In this document: positions 1 to 13,062 of the stretch, one piece after another
Layout: every line of letters starts with the position of its first letter
Numbering within the stretch: the first letter of the stretch is position 1
From: Octopus vulgaris
Taxonomy: Eukaryota
Direction: 5' to 3'
DNA: 64,000 nucleotides
NCBI GenBank assembly: GCA_951406725.2
Contig: OX597817.1
Coordinates: 65,596,001-65,660,000, forward strand
The notes under the pieces: generated by a model
The model's database searches: none
What the model was told of the DNA's origin: nothing
The model's input: the letters and a program-made list of their open reading frames with translations, nothing else
Made by a program: the position numbers and the translations under genes

Positions 1-60
1 ATTAACGTGCAAATGGCTGAGCATTCCACAGACACGTGTACCCATAACGTAGTTCTCGGG

Positions 61-154
61 AGTGTCTTGCTCAAGGACACAACGCGTCGCCGGGAATCGA
101 ACTCACAACCTTACGATCATGAGCCGAATGCCCTAACCACTAAACCACGCGCCC
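61..154 (-). mobile_element. tRNA-derived SINE head (family C)
   Basis: The reverse complement reads GGCGCGTGGTTTAGTGGTTAGGGC (A box) ... GTGAGTTCGATTCCC (B box), then GTGTCCTTGAGCAAGACACT. Related copies lie at 31382 (+) and 33590 (-). Confidence 0.7.
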
Positions 155-2289
155 TCACTGCTTTCCACTTGCTAACTATGATATTGCTACAGGTAACCAC
201 CAAGTTGTGACAGAAAAACAGGTTCACCGGAGTGACTCGAACCACATAACGACTACTTGTCGGGCAACTGCTATCTAAATCATACTTCATATCGTAAGTT
301 TTGCAGTTGATTGCATTTAATTGCATACTGGATTGCACACCGGAAAATTGCATAACTTTCAAAAAATTAAAAATAAAACGAACAGTTTACCATGAAATGT
401 ATATAAAATTGATCAGTTACATTGAATATGCAAATAATGCTAATTTTGGTTAATTGCATAATATTTTTTCCCGACTTTTAGGTTAAAAGTAGTAAAATTA
501 AGCATAAAATTGAACATGTGATTCGATAATAAAGTGATTCCTAGAAATTCCGTTTTCATGATGACTAAAAAAGGTGACAGTATTTCATGTTTGTAAAAAG
601 TTCTAAATTGAAACTATGAGAGTTCGAATTGTTGTGTGACTTTATTTTTTATTGTCCACTAAAAAACTTAAATGAAAAAAAAACTTCATTGTAGATAAAA
701 TTTCTAGAAAGATAATTTTAAATTGTTTTGAATAAATAGTGAATAGGATGTAATTTATTAATTAATTACTTTTTTTCATTATCGACAATATTGATATTTT
801 GCTACCGATCCGGATAAAATCACTCTTGATTCTATGATACAAACTTCATGTTTTAAAGTGATATAAATTAGAACTTCCCATCAAAGTTTAAGGTTAATTT
901 ATCATCTAAACAGCAAGTAAATTATGATTAAGTTAATTTACTAAACTTTTTATACTTTCAAATTTAATTGAAACAAAGACAGCGTGTTTCAACAGAAATA
1001 CGTTAATTAAATGGTTAAGCTGCGGCCGGTCCACTTTATTTTATCTTAATCTGCATGAGCTTTATTATTTATCGTTGATTAATTCAAAGTGTGTAAAAGC
1101 CATTTTCTGATTAAACAAGAATAATATCAAATGTATAAAAGTTGAGTTCAACGAATGTTATATCGATACAAACCTATAATATTTAGATTAGATCGAGCAA
1201 ATCTATCCTTTCTAGGTACGAATAATACACCCATAATACCTTTCTATAGACCTAATGTCATATTACTATTGAATATCTTATAATTTATTGCCTTCTAGAC
1301 GAATTCAATTAATTACATATTCCAGTTAATTACATTAGAATATCAGTTAGCGAAATTTTTATAGTTATAGTTAAGCAGAATCAATTGTAATGTTCTAGAA
1401 CGAGTTTTGTCTCATATTTTCATAAATTTCAGTTTCCTATTATCAAAATTATTATTTCTTTTATAGGAACGTTCCTATTCAAAACTACTTCTAATATTCT
1501 CATCTTTTGGTGGAAATATTTTTTTCTCTCGATATTATATCGTCTGAGTGTTTTCCTGAATATATTATATATGAGAATTCGTTTTCAAAACTAGATTTCA
1601 TATCAAAAATCACCATCACCATATTTTAACAGCTTTTCTTGTATTTTCGCGGAAGTTTTAATGCCTTTGTTCGATTGCGTCTATAAAGTTATATTCTAGT
1701 TCTTCAAAAACTGTTAATTACGATGTCCGACTTTTAGCTATAATTTTCTTAGCTGTTCGAACGATTATTTCAGATAAGACTAATGAATCATCATTCTCAG
1801 TGAATGTACAATTTGTCTCCAGAATTCATCTAATATTCGCGACAGATTTCTCCTGAATAAATAAGTTACTATACCTTGGTATAAAACGATATATACTATT
1901 TTTTAGACAAGCTAGATGCAAATGTAAATAAGATAGTTGATCATGTTTTCATAGCTTTTTACTTTGATTGTTTGGTTTGCTTTTGCTTTACACGTCTTTC
2001 AGTGTAGATTTCTGTTGTTGTACATGATCCGTTAATCATAGGATATAGTAGTGACAATAATCTATTTATGTGCAATGGGTATAAACATCTCCGTCTTTAT
2101 TATTTATTTTTGTAAACAGCAGCAGCGCAACTGAAAGTGTGAGACAGTTGTTTAACAAAGAAATAAATTTTCTTTTTTATTCAGTAGCCTTGTTTTTATC
2201 GTGTTGTTTCACTGCACATTCGAGCACAACTTTGTGTATCTTGGAAATATAAAGTGTTTTGTTTCGATATTTTCTATTGTATTAATATT

Positions 2290-2498
2290 CTTTTCTACAA
2301 TAGGCAAAATGCCTGAAATTTGGGAGAGGGGGATAGCCGATATCATCGACCCCGGTGTGTAACTGGTACTTATTTCATCGACCTCGAAAGGATAAAAGGC
2401 AAAGTCGACCTCGGCGGAATTTTAACTCAACGTAGCGATGGGCGAAATACCACGAAGCATTTCGTCCATCGTGCTAACGATTCTGCCAGCTCATCACC
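2290..2498 (-). mobile_element. tRNA-derived SINE (family A)
   Basis: Reverse complement of the family A sequence GAGCTGGCAGAATCGTTAGC...AATTCCGCCGAGGTCGACTTTGCCTTT...GGTCGATRAAATAAGTACCAG, which occurs many times in the window. Confidence 0.8.
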
Positions 2499-2688
2499 TT
2501 TTTTTTTATTGTACTAACATTATTTTCCGTAGTCTATATACTATGCCTAATGTTAACATTTCTGTATTGTTGTTATATAGCTTCAGGTCGATCCTGTCGG
2601 AGCAGACGTCAAAGCTATGATTTCATTTTAAAAAAAAACATAGCGTTAAGAAAGAAACAAAGAAGGAAAAGGGAGAGAGAGGGAGAGA

Positions 2689-2733
<45 letters not shown>

Positions 2734-3095
2734 ATTGTTAAATTTCGTCTTCCTTAATTAGACCGTAATTTGAGAAAATTTGGTTGGTACTGCTAACAAG
2801 TTAGATGACTTCATAGGAGTACTCTTCTCGGCTTGTCCTTTGTCCTTTATATTTGTAAGTCCTGGGTGTTCGCGTTACGTATTTGTCGGCATCTTTTTCA
2901 TCGTTCCAAAAGCATTTAGTATTAATGAGATTATTTCTGTTCTCATTCTTCACAATCTGGTTTCCAGGTCTTTATATTTATAAGAGCATATATAACAGAC
3001 GATAATGTATTTGATGGTACATTATTGACTGTCTCGAATAGGTTTCCTGGTGGCTCTTGATAACAATATCCCGTCATTATCATAATTATTTTTAA

Positions 3096-4185
3096 GGCGA
3101 TGAGCTGGCAGAATCGTTCGTACGCCGGAAGAAATGCTTAGCAGCATTTCGCCTGTCTTTACGTTATGAGTTCGAATTCCGCCGGGGTCAGCTTTGCTTT
3201 TCATCGTTTCGAGGTCGATAAAATAAGTACCAGTTGAGCACTGAGCTCGATGCAATCAATTTACCCGCTCCCCGAAATTGCTGGCCTTGTGCCAACATTT
3301 TCAAAATCATTATTATAATTATTACTAAGGCAGTAAGCTGGCAGAATCTTTAGCAAGCCGGGCAAAATGCTTTGTGGTATTTCGTCCGCCGCTGCGTTCT
3401 GAGTTCAAATTCCGCCGAGGTCGACTTTGCCTATCATCCTTTCGGGGTCGATAAATTAAGTACCAGTTACGCACTGGGGTCGATATAATCGACTTAATCC
3501 CTTTGTCTTTCCTTGTTTGTCCCTTCTATGTTTAGCCCCTTGTGGGCAATAAAGAAATAAGAATCGTTAGTACGCCATTCAAAAGTGCTTTGTGGCATTT
3601 CATCCGTTCTTACGTTCTCAGTTCAAATTCCACCGTGGTCGACTTTGCTTTTCATCCTTTCGGGGTTGATAAAATTAGTGAAGCATTGGAGTCGATGTAA
3701 TCTACTAATCCTCTTCCCCCAAAATTTCAGGCCTTGTGCCTGTAATAGATAAGATTATTATCTTAATTACTATTAAAGCGGAGAGCTGGCAGAAACGCTA
3801 GCACACCGGTCAAAATGCGTAGTGGAATTTCGTCTGTAATTACATTCTAAGTTTAAATTCAACAAAATAAGTACCAGTTGAGTATTAGGACTGCAGTAAT
3901 CGACAAGCGCCCCACTTCAAAATTTCAGGCCTTGTGCTTATTGTAGAAAGAATTATTATAGATAAATTTTTGAGGCGTTGAGCTAGCAAAATCGTTAGTG
4001 CATCGAATAAAATTCATAGTGGCATTTCGTCCAACTTTTCACTTTCTGTGTTCAAATCCCGGCGAGGTTAACATTGCCTTTCGGGGACAGATAAAATACG
4101 TACCAGTTGAAAACTGGGGTCGATGTAATGAACTTACCCCTTCCCCTGAAATTGCTGGCCTTGTGCCAAAATTAGAAACCATTAT
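3096..4185 (+). mobile_element. Cluster of about 5 head-to-tail family A SINEs
   Basis: Heads (GGCG..GAGCTGGCAGAATCGTTAG) start near 3096, 3329, 3560, 3777 and 3974. Each has a GAGTTCAAATTCC-like B box, most have the GCCTTTCATCCTTTCGGGGTCGATAAA core, and most end in an ATT-rich tail. Confidence 0.85.
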
Positions 4186-4732
4186 TTATTATGGTTGTTA
4201 TATTCAATAATAGCGTAGTGTTGGTAACATTTTTCGTATATTCTGAATCCATACCGCCTGTTAATCTCCTAATATATCTTTTCCGTATTCTGTTGCGTTT
4301 TATTTGATAATCGTGCTATGCCATTTCGGCTTCTTTCAAACATTATATAAATGTCACAGTTTCGTTTGCTTCATCTTCTGACATCTATTATGTACTGACT
4401 TCTGTTTGTTTTGCTTAAACAATCTTTGCTTTAATCGTTTGCTTGGGCGTAGCCATGGTTACGATGCCTTGTTTTACTCGTTACTGTTCCATCTTTTATA
4501 TAATCCCACACCTCTTCTCCTGCTATATATTTTGTGCTACAGTTAATCTGCCCGCCCAAAATTCTTATTACGATTGCATCATTAGCTTGGTTTTGAGATT
4601 TTCTATTGTTTGTGTGTGTTTATATGTTCTCGCAACATACCTAATTGTTGCAATCATTCTCATGTACTGACCATGCTTCCACAGGGTATAACTATGTAAT
4701 TACGTTTACTTAAGTTCGATGATGTTTGTGTT

Positions 4733-4782
<50 letters not shown>

Positions 4783-5155
4783 CGCACGCGTAATATGTGT
4801 GAAATTGTGCTGAACACCGAATGGGTATAGTATATTATTTTGTAAATGTCCATCGTTCGCTTTATTTTAGTTATTTGCTTCTCCTGTGAACTATGAACAG
4901 CCAGTTCCTGCTGACGTTTAATGAAACTCGGGAGAAATACACACACACTTGCGCGCGTGTGTGTGTGTATGCGAATATGTATGTATGTATTTATGTATGT
5001 ATATTGTCGTGAAATATGTTCTAGTAAGGTAACTTGCTTTCTGGTCCATTATCTCTGTCTTCCACAGAGCTTCTTTATAATGGGTGTATTTGTTATGTCC
5101 ATATTGTACAGTATTAGCACTTCTGAAAGTAATCAGTGCATCGTAGTATTTTGGG

Positions 5156-5355
5156 GCATTTGGTAGAATTTCGAGCAAAATGTGTGGCGGTCTTTGCTTC
5201 CATTTCTTCGGAATTTGACATCAAATTCCACCGGGGTCAATTTATCTTTCATCCTTCTTAAGTACAAAAGCGCTAGTCTATTGTTGGGGTTGATATAATG
5301 AATCATTTTTTTCCCTTCCACAATACTTGTTTGGTTCAGTTTATGTTAGAAATCA
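5156..5355 (+). mobile_element. Diverged family A SINE
   Basis: TCAAATTCCACCGGGGTCAATTTATCTTTCATCCTT matches the family A core. Confidence 0.55.
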
Positions 5356-6009
5356 TTATAATTAAGGTTCTTGTCTTTGCTGCAGTTACTGATGGTGGAC
5401 GGGGTATATATTCAGTGAAACGAGGAAGATTGTTTTCAATTGTTAGCAACGTCCCTGTACGTTCAGACTTCAAATCCTGCCTGGACCGACTTTGTCTTTT
5501 ATTTTTCTCTCGGTCCGAGGGATCAATAAAAGCCATTTACATAATAGGAAAGATATGATAAACCAAATCCCTGTTTGAAATTTTTAGTCAAAATTACAAA
5601 TTCTTACTTCGTCTTCCACTCTCTCCCTCCTTCTCCATTTATCTCTGTACACAACACATGTAGGCACACCCGCGCGCACACACACACACACACATACATG
5701 CGCAGTCGTGCATATAAATATATTACAGTAGTATAGTTTACATGAAGGATTGTCTGATATAGATTAAATGCTTTTAACATTTTTGAAAAACCAAAACAAT
5801 ACGTATTATAAGAAATGAGATAAGGCAATGGTTTGCGCGTTTATTTTGTATAACAAACAATTGACTTATAACTCACATTCTTTTGATCATCCCATACACT
5901 TGCTAGCATCCGTTATGCGGAACTTCAACTGGTAGCACTTGCAGCTGCAAGATTTTTTGCAAAAAATCTATCTATCTATCTAGCTAGCTAGCTATATATA
6001 TATATATAT

Positions 6010-6061
<52 letters not shown>

Positions 6062-6065
<4 letters not shown>

Positions 6066-6251
6066 GGAAAGTTTACGAAAATGAACAAAAGACGAAGGCA
6101 GGTGCTGTACAAACAAACAGATGTATTAGTATAGCGCTCAGGAATAGAAAAAGGTCTTTTACGTTTCGAGCGTTCGCTCTTCTAAAGAATGGTACACAGA
6201 AAAAACAAGGAGAGAAAAAAATGTGTGTAGTAGCTAACGATCTATCATGGC

Positions 6252-6255
<4 letters not shown>
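6062..6255 (-). mobile_element. (TA)n-flanked repeat with a degenerate hammerhead-like motif (probable Penelope-like terminal repeat)
   Basis: Homologous to 29745-29937. The minus strand contains GAGCG-AA-CGCTC-GAA-ACGT-A-AAAG. (TA)n arrays lie on both sides. Confidence 0.5.
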
Positions 6256-6347
<92 letters not shown>

Positions 6348-6422
6348 ATGTATGTATGTATGCATGTATATACACATACGCTCACACAAACACATACACA
6401 CATAGACATATATATATTTATA

Positions 6423-7110
6423 CTAGCTGAGGTACCCGGTAAAAAAAATTACCGTGAATAAGATGTCTGTTTATAGCCCTGAAACATTTTTCGTCAAATA
6501 TCGACATTTTTCAAAAAGTTAAAATCTATGTTATTGGGTAGGACAAATTTGACGAAAAAATGAGCAGAGTCTGGTAGCGAAGCCGTGTTGTCGTCATTTT
6601 TGTGCATGTGCGTAAAATGGCGAAATTTTACGCTTTGGAGCAGATTTCGTCAAATTGATGTCTCGATGGCTAGTCCGCAAAATGCCTAAATTTTGCTTGA
6701 GAAATAAAATGGTCTTATATAATCAAAACCTGAAATGGTGGAGAATTAAAACAACGAATTGAAATAAGTTTTAGCAAATCAAAACAATTCGCACTGAAAG
6801 GAAGAATTAACAAATGCTAAATAGATTACCGTTAATAAGCTGTCTGTTTATACCTATGAAACATTTTCCGTCAAGTTTTTCGTTAGATTGATGTCACGAT
6901 GGCTAGTGCGAAAAAGGCTGAAATTTTACGATTTCTAAAAAATCGATGCTGATTAAAAATCGATTTGTTTTAAAATTCCAAGTATGCAAGTGGCCGCATG
7001 GACATAAGTCACACACACATGTAGAGTTTCATCAATGTCTGTTTAGTAGTTTCGGAGGAGTTAAAGTAACAATTTCACAAACACACAAGCTTTCCATTTA
7101 TTATTATAGA
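6423..7110 (-). mobile_element. Non-autonomous Helitron-like element
   Basis: The minus strand starts TC(TATAATAA) and ends CCGGGTACCTCAGCTAG, inserted between A and T with no TSD. It has internal direct repeats (about 6457/6834 and 6656/6888). Confidence 0.55.
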
Positions 7111-7218
7111 TATATATATATTTACATACATCCATACATGCATACAGATGCACAAACGTATATATCACGATGCCTCAGCGAAATCTTCAAATGAATGTGT
7201 GTGTCTGTGCATGTACGC

Positions 7219-7292
<74 letters not shown>

Positions 7293-7318
7293 CGTTTTTG
7301 GATTTGGTTTGCAAGATT

Positions 7319-7371
<53 letters not shown>

Positions 7372-7420
7372 TATACATCCATCCATCCATACATCCATAC
7401 ATACATACATACATAAATTT

Positions 7421-7815
7421 TTTTACTTGTGTCAGTAATTTGACTGCGGCCATGCTGGAGCACCGCTTTTTAGTCGAAGAAACCGATCCCAGGACTTATT
7501 ATTTGTAAATCTGGTACCTATTCTATCGTCCTCTTTTGCCGAACTGCTAAGTTACGGGTACCAAGCACACCAACATCGGTTGTCAAGCGATGGGGTTTGG
7601 GAGGGAAACACAGACACAATGACACCCACGCATAAAATTATACACACATATACATACATATACGACGGGTTTCTTTCAGTTTCCGCCTACCAAATCTACT
7701 CACAAGCCTTTGGTCGGCCCGAGGCTATAGTTGAGGACACTTACCCTAGATGCCACACAGTCGGACTGAACCGGTTGAGAAGCAAGCTTTTTACCACATA
7801 GCCACTCCTGAGCCT
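7421..7815 (-). mobile_element. tRNA-derived SINE (family B)
   Basis: Reverse complement of the family B sequence GGCGCAGG.GTGGCTGTGTGGT...CCTTGGGCAAGTGTCTTC...GGCGGTGCTCCAGCATGGCCGCAGTCAAATGACTGAAACAAGTAAAA. Confidence 0.85.
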
Positions 7816-7830
7816 ATACACGCACGCACG

Positions 7831-7889
<59 letters not shown>

Positions 7890-8370
7890 ACACACACACA
7901 CATACATATATACACTGTATTCAATTTAATCGCTTGTAACCGTTCCATAAATGTAAGACCTTATAACCATCTTAGAGAACGTGATAGGAAGGATGGGTTC
8001 TTTACAACCTCTGTGCTTTATGTGCTACAGACTATATCTATCATTATTTAGCAAACTTTATATATATACAAATATAAGCACTTCGTCATTATACATAATA
8101 AATTTGTAGACAGAAAGATAGGGATCAGCCGAATTTATTCCACTCATACAGTGAAATGGTGCTAATAACCGAGTACCCTCTTTAACTCTCAACGGATATT
8201 TATAAACTATTTCTTAGGGTTTAAATGGGATAGTCCGATTTGCATACTTAGCGCATTCTTGGCAAAAGGTTTCTTTTAATAAATTATTGCCGCCTAATGA
8301 AAGTCCAAACATGATTGCAACTAGTTCAGCTATACGTGTGTATACATACATACATACATACATACATACA

Positions 8371-8404
<34 letters not shown>

Positions 8405-8755
8405 CATACCGTTATGTTTATATGTATAAATTATTTTATTTTTTTATTTTACAAATACACCCCTTAGCTTTTGTTAATGCTTTTCTCTAGGAGAAGGTTA
8501 TTCTGTTATAAAACCAGATATACAGGAAATGGCATTGAACGTTTTGGGGAACATTTGCTAGCGCTTGACATCATGGCACTCCTATATTCTTGAGCCTGCG
8601 ATCCATATTGGACTGGATACCTTGTCCAGGCTTGTCTCTGGATTATGTTAGTAGGGTGGAGAGGGTTTGTGAGGTGTTGTGTAACATTTACTGGGACTAA
8701 AACTTTAGGTTTTGCAATCGCCGGCAAGGCGACTATCTGATGCCTGGTCTTGTGT

Positions 8756-8881
<126 letters not shown>

Positions 8882-9747
8882 TCGTACGTAACATTCGGTC
8901 TTGTATAAGCACTCATAAATCCTCTTGATTGTTAAGAACTGCAATATATATTTTAGACTTCTTTGAAATTTACAAGTATTCAGTCTTATCTTGCTAGTTA
9001 CAGAAAATTTTAATTTGTTATTCTACCTTTTGAAATGGGTATATCCTTTTCTTTTTACCCATTATAATTAAATTTCTATTAGTATTCTTAGCAGATCATT
9101 TTTTCTTTTGATATGTATACACTACGGAAATAAATAGATAAATTAATTACATTATACGTTGAAGTTATTTATTACATTACAAGATTCGAGTTTACAATTG
9201 TTCCTTGAAATGCATATACAAGGGAGATACGAAGATAAATAGAGAGATAGTTAGATAATATTCGTATTTAGTCCTTCAGTTTCTTTCAGCCCTTACACAC
9301 ACACACACGTACACACATGCATACTCACGAACGCACGAACACACCCACACACACATGAAGAAAAACAGAGAGGGAATAATTTAATTTGATTGACAAAGAC
9401 GCAAAATTTTACTTTACACTATAATTGATTCTCAATATACTATGATATATAATGTACGCGTGATTGGCTAAAAAAGGATATAGCTAGTTAAAAGCAAATA
9501 CTGTAGAACCGAAAATCGAAGAATGTTATTATCATCTTAAAGGGGTTTTATGGATTAATCAGGTGAAGATCGCTAGTGGGCTAGGTCTATTGCAGAGGGG
9601 CAAATTTTGATAATAGATAGAGATCATTTGCAAGATGCTCCTACGCTGGAGACTGGACCCATACTCCTGTAACAAAGTCAATATGTTAGCGGTGCCCAGG
9701 TCTCAGGTGGTGGTATTAAGTCTTTTGCACAATATTCTCCATGAAAA

Positions 9748-9804
<57 letters not shown>

Positions 9805-9828
9805 CAATAATAATAATAGCAATAATAA

Positions 9829-10864
9829 TTCTGCACTTTCTGATGCGTTGTCTATTCTGTATTTGATGTAATTGGTTCTTAATGTTTGCTTTTGGGCAGC
9901 ACAGATTAGAGTCTCCGTTTCCGGTTTTAAATCAATTTTAGTCATCCACAATCATCTTTTTTCTCTGTCTGTCTTAACTTCAGCATCCCTATGAAATTGT
10001 TCATGCATTCTATTATTTATCCACCTATTTTCAGTTTCATTCATTCTGAAGTCCTTGTACAGTGCTTTATCTTTACAATTTTCCATTCTACACAACCCTG
10101 ACCTTCTTACTTCCAATAATAGTGGTTCTGTGGCATTTTTTACATAGCATGCTATGATATTTTCTTTTACTCTAATGCTGTATTCACATCCAACCTCTTC
10201 CTCCTCTTTTCCGTGGTACATACAGTCTGGCTGTGTCACTTTTTGGGTGGAGTGTCCCATATCTAGTCAGCAACTTCCTTGTCTTTCTGTCTGAGCTGTT
10301 TAGTTCGTCTTCTGTCCATGCGATTACCACTGTTCCATATCTAAGTAGTGAAACCGTCCAGGTGTTGATAGCTTCAATCTTATTCCGTCCATTTAATTTT
10401 GAATTGAGGATCAGTCTCAATCTGCGCAAGTACTCCGCTTTAAATTTTTTTGTCATTTCTTTCTCTATCAATTTCTCCATTTCCAATATTCCTAAATACT
10501 CATAGTCCGTCTCTTCTATCTGTTTCATAACCTCCCCCGATGGTATCGCTAGCCCGTCCATACATTTGATTTTGCCTCTCTTCAAGACTAATACACCACA
10601 CTTTTTCAATCCGAACTCCATTCTGATATCAGCACTGAAGGTATACACCGTATCAACGAGGGAACTGACTTGGGATTCATCTTTACCATAAAGTTTGAGG
10701 TCATCCATGAATAGCAAATGGTTCAATTTTTGTTGGTGGCTCTTGAATACCTACCCAGTGTTTGCTTTTCTCAGAGTCAGTGCTAGTGGTATCATGCACA
10801 GTACAAAGATCACTAGGGACAGACAGTCCCCTTGGAAGATGCCTCTCTTGATGTCTACTCTCCC

Positions 10865-10865
<1 letters not shown>
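9829..10865 (-). mobile_element. RLE-type non-LTR retrotransposon (R4/Dong-like) RT-thumb fragment, frameshifted
   Basis: ORFs give HLLFMDDLKLYGK, YEYLGI, LNGRNKIEAINTW, RLYVPRKRGGRG and LKPETETLICAAQKQTLRTNY. The fragment is flanked by (AAT)n and (TTA)n arrays. Confidence 0.9.
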
Positions 10866-10926
<61 letters not shown>

Positions 10927-10929
<3 letters not shown>

Positions 10930-11480
10930 TAGTTTTATTTTTATAGCGTGCTTTCACTTCACTACCGAGCGCAGCTCTGTGTGCCTTGGGTATGTGCTGT
11001 GATTTGTTGTGATGCTCTGATGGTTATTGTATGGAAAGTGTTCTGCGTAGGATGTGTGCAGTGCCTAGTAGTGCAATTTTCTGTATGTTATATGTGTTTG
11101 TAAGTCCTGGTGTTTTTGTTATGTATTTGTCTGAATATTTTTTTATCATGCCTAATGCACCTACTATGATAGGAATTGTTTCTGTTTTCAGATTCCACAT
11201 TCTAGTTACCTCTATTTCCAGGTCTTTGTATTTTGAGAGTTTCTCCATTTCTTTTAGAGACACGTTGTCATCTGCCGGTACTGATACATCAATTAGAAAG
11301 CATTTTTTTCTTCATGGTCTCTGACAACTATATCTGGTCTGTTGGCCTTAATTTCTCTATCTGTGTGTATCGGCATATCCCAGAGTATGGTTGCTTTCTC
11401 GTTTTCTGTGACCTTTTCTGGTGTGTGCCTATACCATCTTTTTTCAGGCTTTGGTCTTGTGCTGCAATTAAAAATTAAAA
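10927..11480 (-). mobile_element. R4/Dong-like LINE 3' end (restriction-like endonuclease + 3' UTR), copy 1
   Basis: Encodes RPDIV...LIDVSVP..KEMEKLSKYKDLEIEVTRMW..IPIIVGALG..QKIALLGTAHILRR. The 3' UTR runs into (TAA)n. Confidence 0.9.
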
Positions 11481-11548
<68 letters not shown>

Positions 11549-11552
<4 letters not shown>

Positions 11553-11937
11553 TAGTTTTATTTTTATAGCGTGCTTTCACTTCACTACCGAGCGCGGCTC
11601 TGTGTGCCTTGGGTATGTGCTGTGATTTGTTGTGATGCTCTGATGGTTATTGTATGGAAAGTGTTCTGCGTAGGATGTGTGCAGTGCCTAGTAGTGCAAT
11701 TTTCTGTATATTATATGTGTTTGTAAGTCCTGGTGTTTTTGTTATGTATTTATCTGAATATTTTTTTATCATGCCTAATGCACCTACTATGATAGGAATT
11801 GTTTCTGTTTCCAGGTTCCACATTCTAGTTACCTCTATTTCCAGGTCTTTGTATTTTGAGAGTTTCTCCATTTCTTTTAGAGACACGTTGTCATCTGCCG
11901 GTATTGATACATCAATTAGAAAGCATTTTTTTCTTCA
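11549..11937 (-). mobile_element. R4/Dong-like LINE 3' end, copy 2
   Basis: Near-identical to 10927-11315 (79-aa ORF differs at one residue) but truncated at a different 5' point. Confidence 0.9.
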
Positions 11938-11964
11938 TTTTTTCTTCTTCTTCTTCTTCTTCTT

Positions 11965-12060
<96 letters not shown>

Positions 12061-12529
12061 GAGTGAGAGAGCAGTGCATGCCATCAAAGTGACACTGGGG
12101 TAAAATATACGAAGCCCAGCATACCCATCATGACTACTTGCAGGTGGGACCCAGTTGGAATTTTCTTCTTGTCGAGTAACCTATCCCGCTCAAAAGGTCC
12201 CTGAATAAGGGTTGTTTAAGGATGTTGAACGAACCACCCATGATTCCAGAGGTGAATTACTCAAACCCCAAAGAATCCCTCTCAACACATGGCTATGATG
12301 CTCTCCCACTACTTCTGCTCATGATCAGAGATGCACATATCATCAGCCACTAAGGGACATGCTCAACTGGTTATGGTCAAGCAACTGACAAGCAAATCTG
12401 TGGTATTGAGCAGAATATTTGCTGTAGCCCATCTTTTATACCAAGACAAAACAATGTACATGATAACACTTTCAATCAGTTAAGATCAGAAGCCATGAGA
12501 GCCGCTGTCTGGTACTGCATCAGGGCATT

Positions 12530-12530
<1 letters not shown>
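12061..12530. mobile_element. Non-coding interspersed repeat bounded by (TTA)n/(CTT)n
   Basis: A second copy lies at 17504-17846 (GAGTGAGAGAGCAG..CATGCCATCAAAGTGACACTGGGG). No coding similarity was recognised. Confidence 0.7.
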
Positions 12531-12614
<84 letters not shown>

Positions 12615-13017
12615 GACATGAGTATTCCTTGCGATCACAATATAGCGGCGAGAGAATTTGACAAGATCAGTAAATATAAAGACTTGCTAATAGAAATTGA
12701 AAAGAAAAACGTAGCATCTCAAGGCAACTATAGTACCAATGATTGTACGATCTCTAGGAATGATAAAAAAGGTATTGAAACCTATTTAAAAATGATACCA
12801 GGCTTACTAATCCTACAGGAAGTGCAAAAAACCGTGTTAAGTGGAATGACTCATGTACTGAGGAGACAACATCCATTCATGAATTTATTTATCTTTTTTT
12901 AAATACATATTTTACCTGTAAATTTGCGTGTGTAATCTGGGAATGCATACAATGAGCTTCTCTGCCCTAGGTGTACGGAAAACACTCGGCGAGAAATGGA
13001 AGAAAATTTGAAGGAGA
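12615..13017 (+). mobile_element. R4/Dong-like LINE RLE fragment and 3' terminus
   Basis: Encodes IDMSIPCDHNIAAREFDKISKYKDLLIEIEK...QEVQKTVLSGMTHVLRR. The terminus ACACTCGGC.AGAAATGGAAGAAAATTTGAA recurs at 13673-13703. Confidence 0.8.

Positions 13018-13060
<43 letters not shown>

Positions 13061-13062
<2 letters not shown>

Noticed and set aside
61-154. tRNA gene
   Set aside because: The A/B boxes continue into SINE body sequence that is repeated elsewhere, and the acceptor stem is not intact.
1200-1900. Faint periodic TTCTAG/GAATT motifs suggesting an ancient minisatellite
   Set aside because: No stable period could be established manually.
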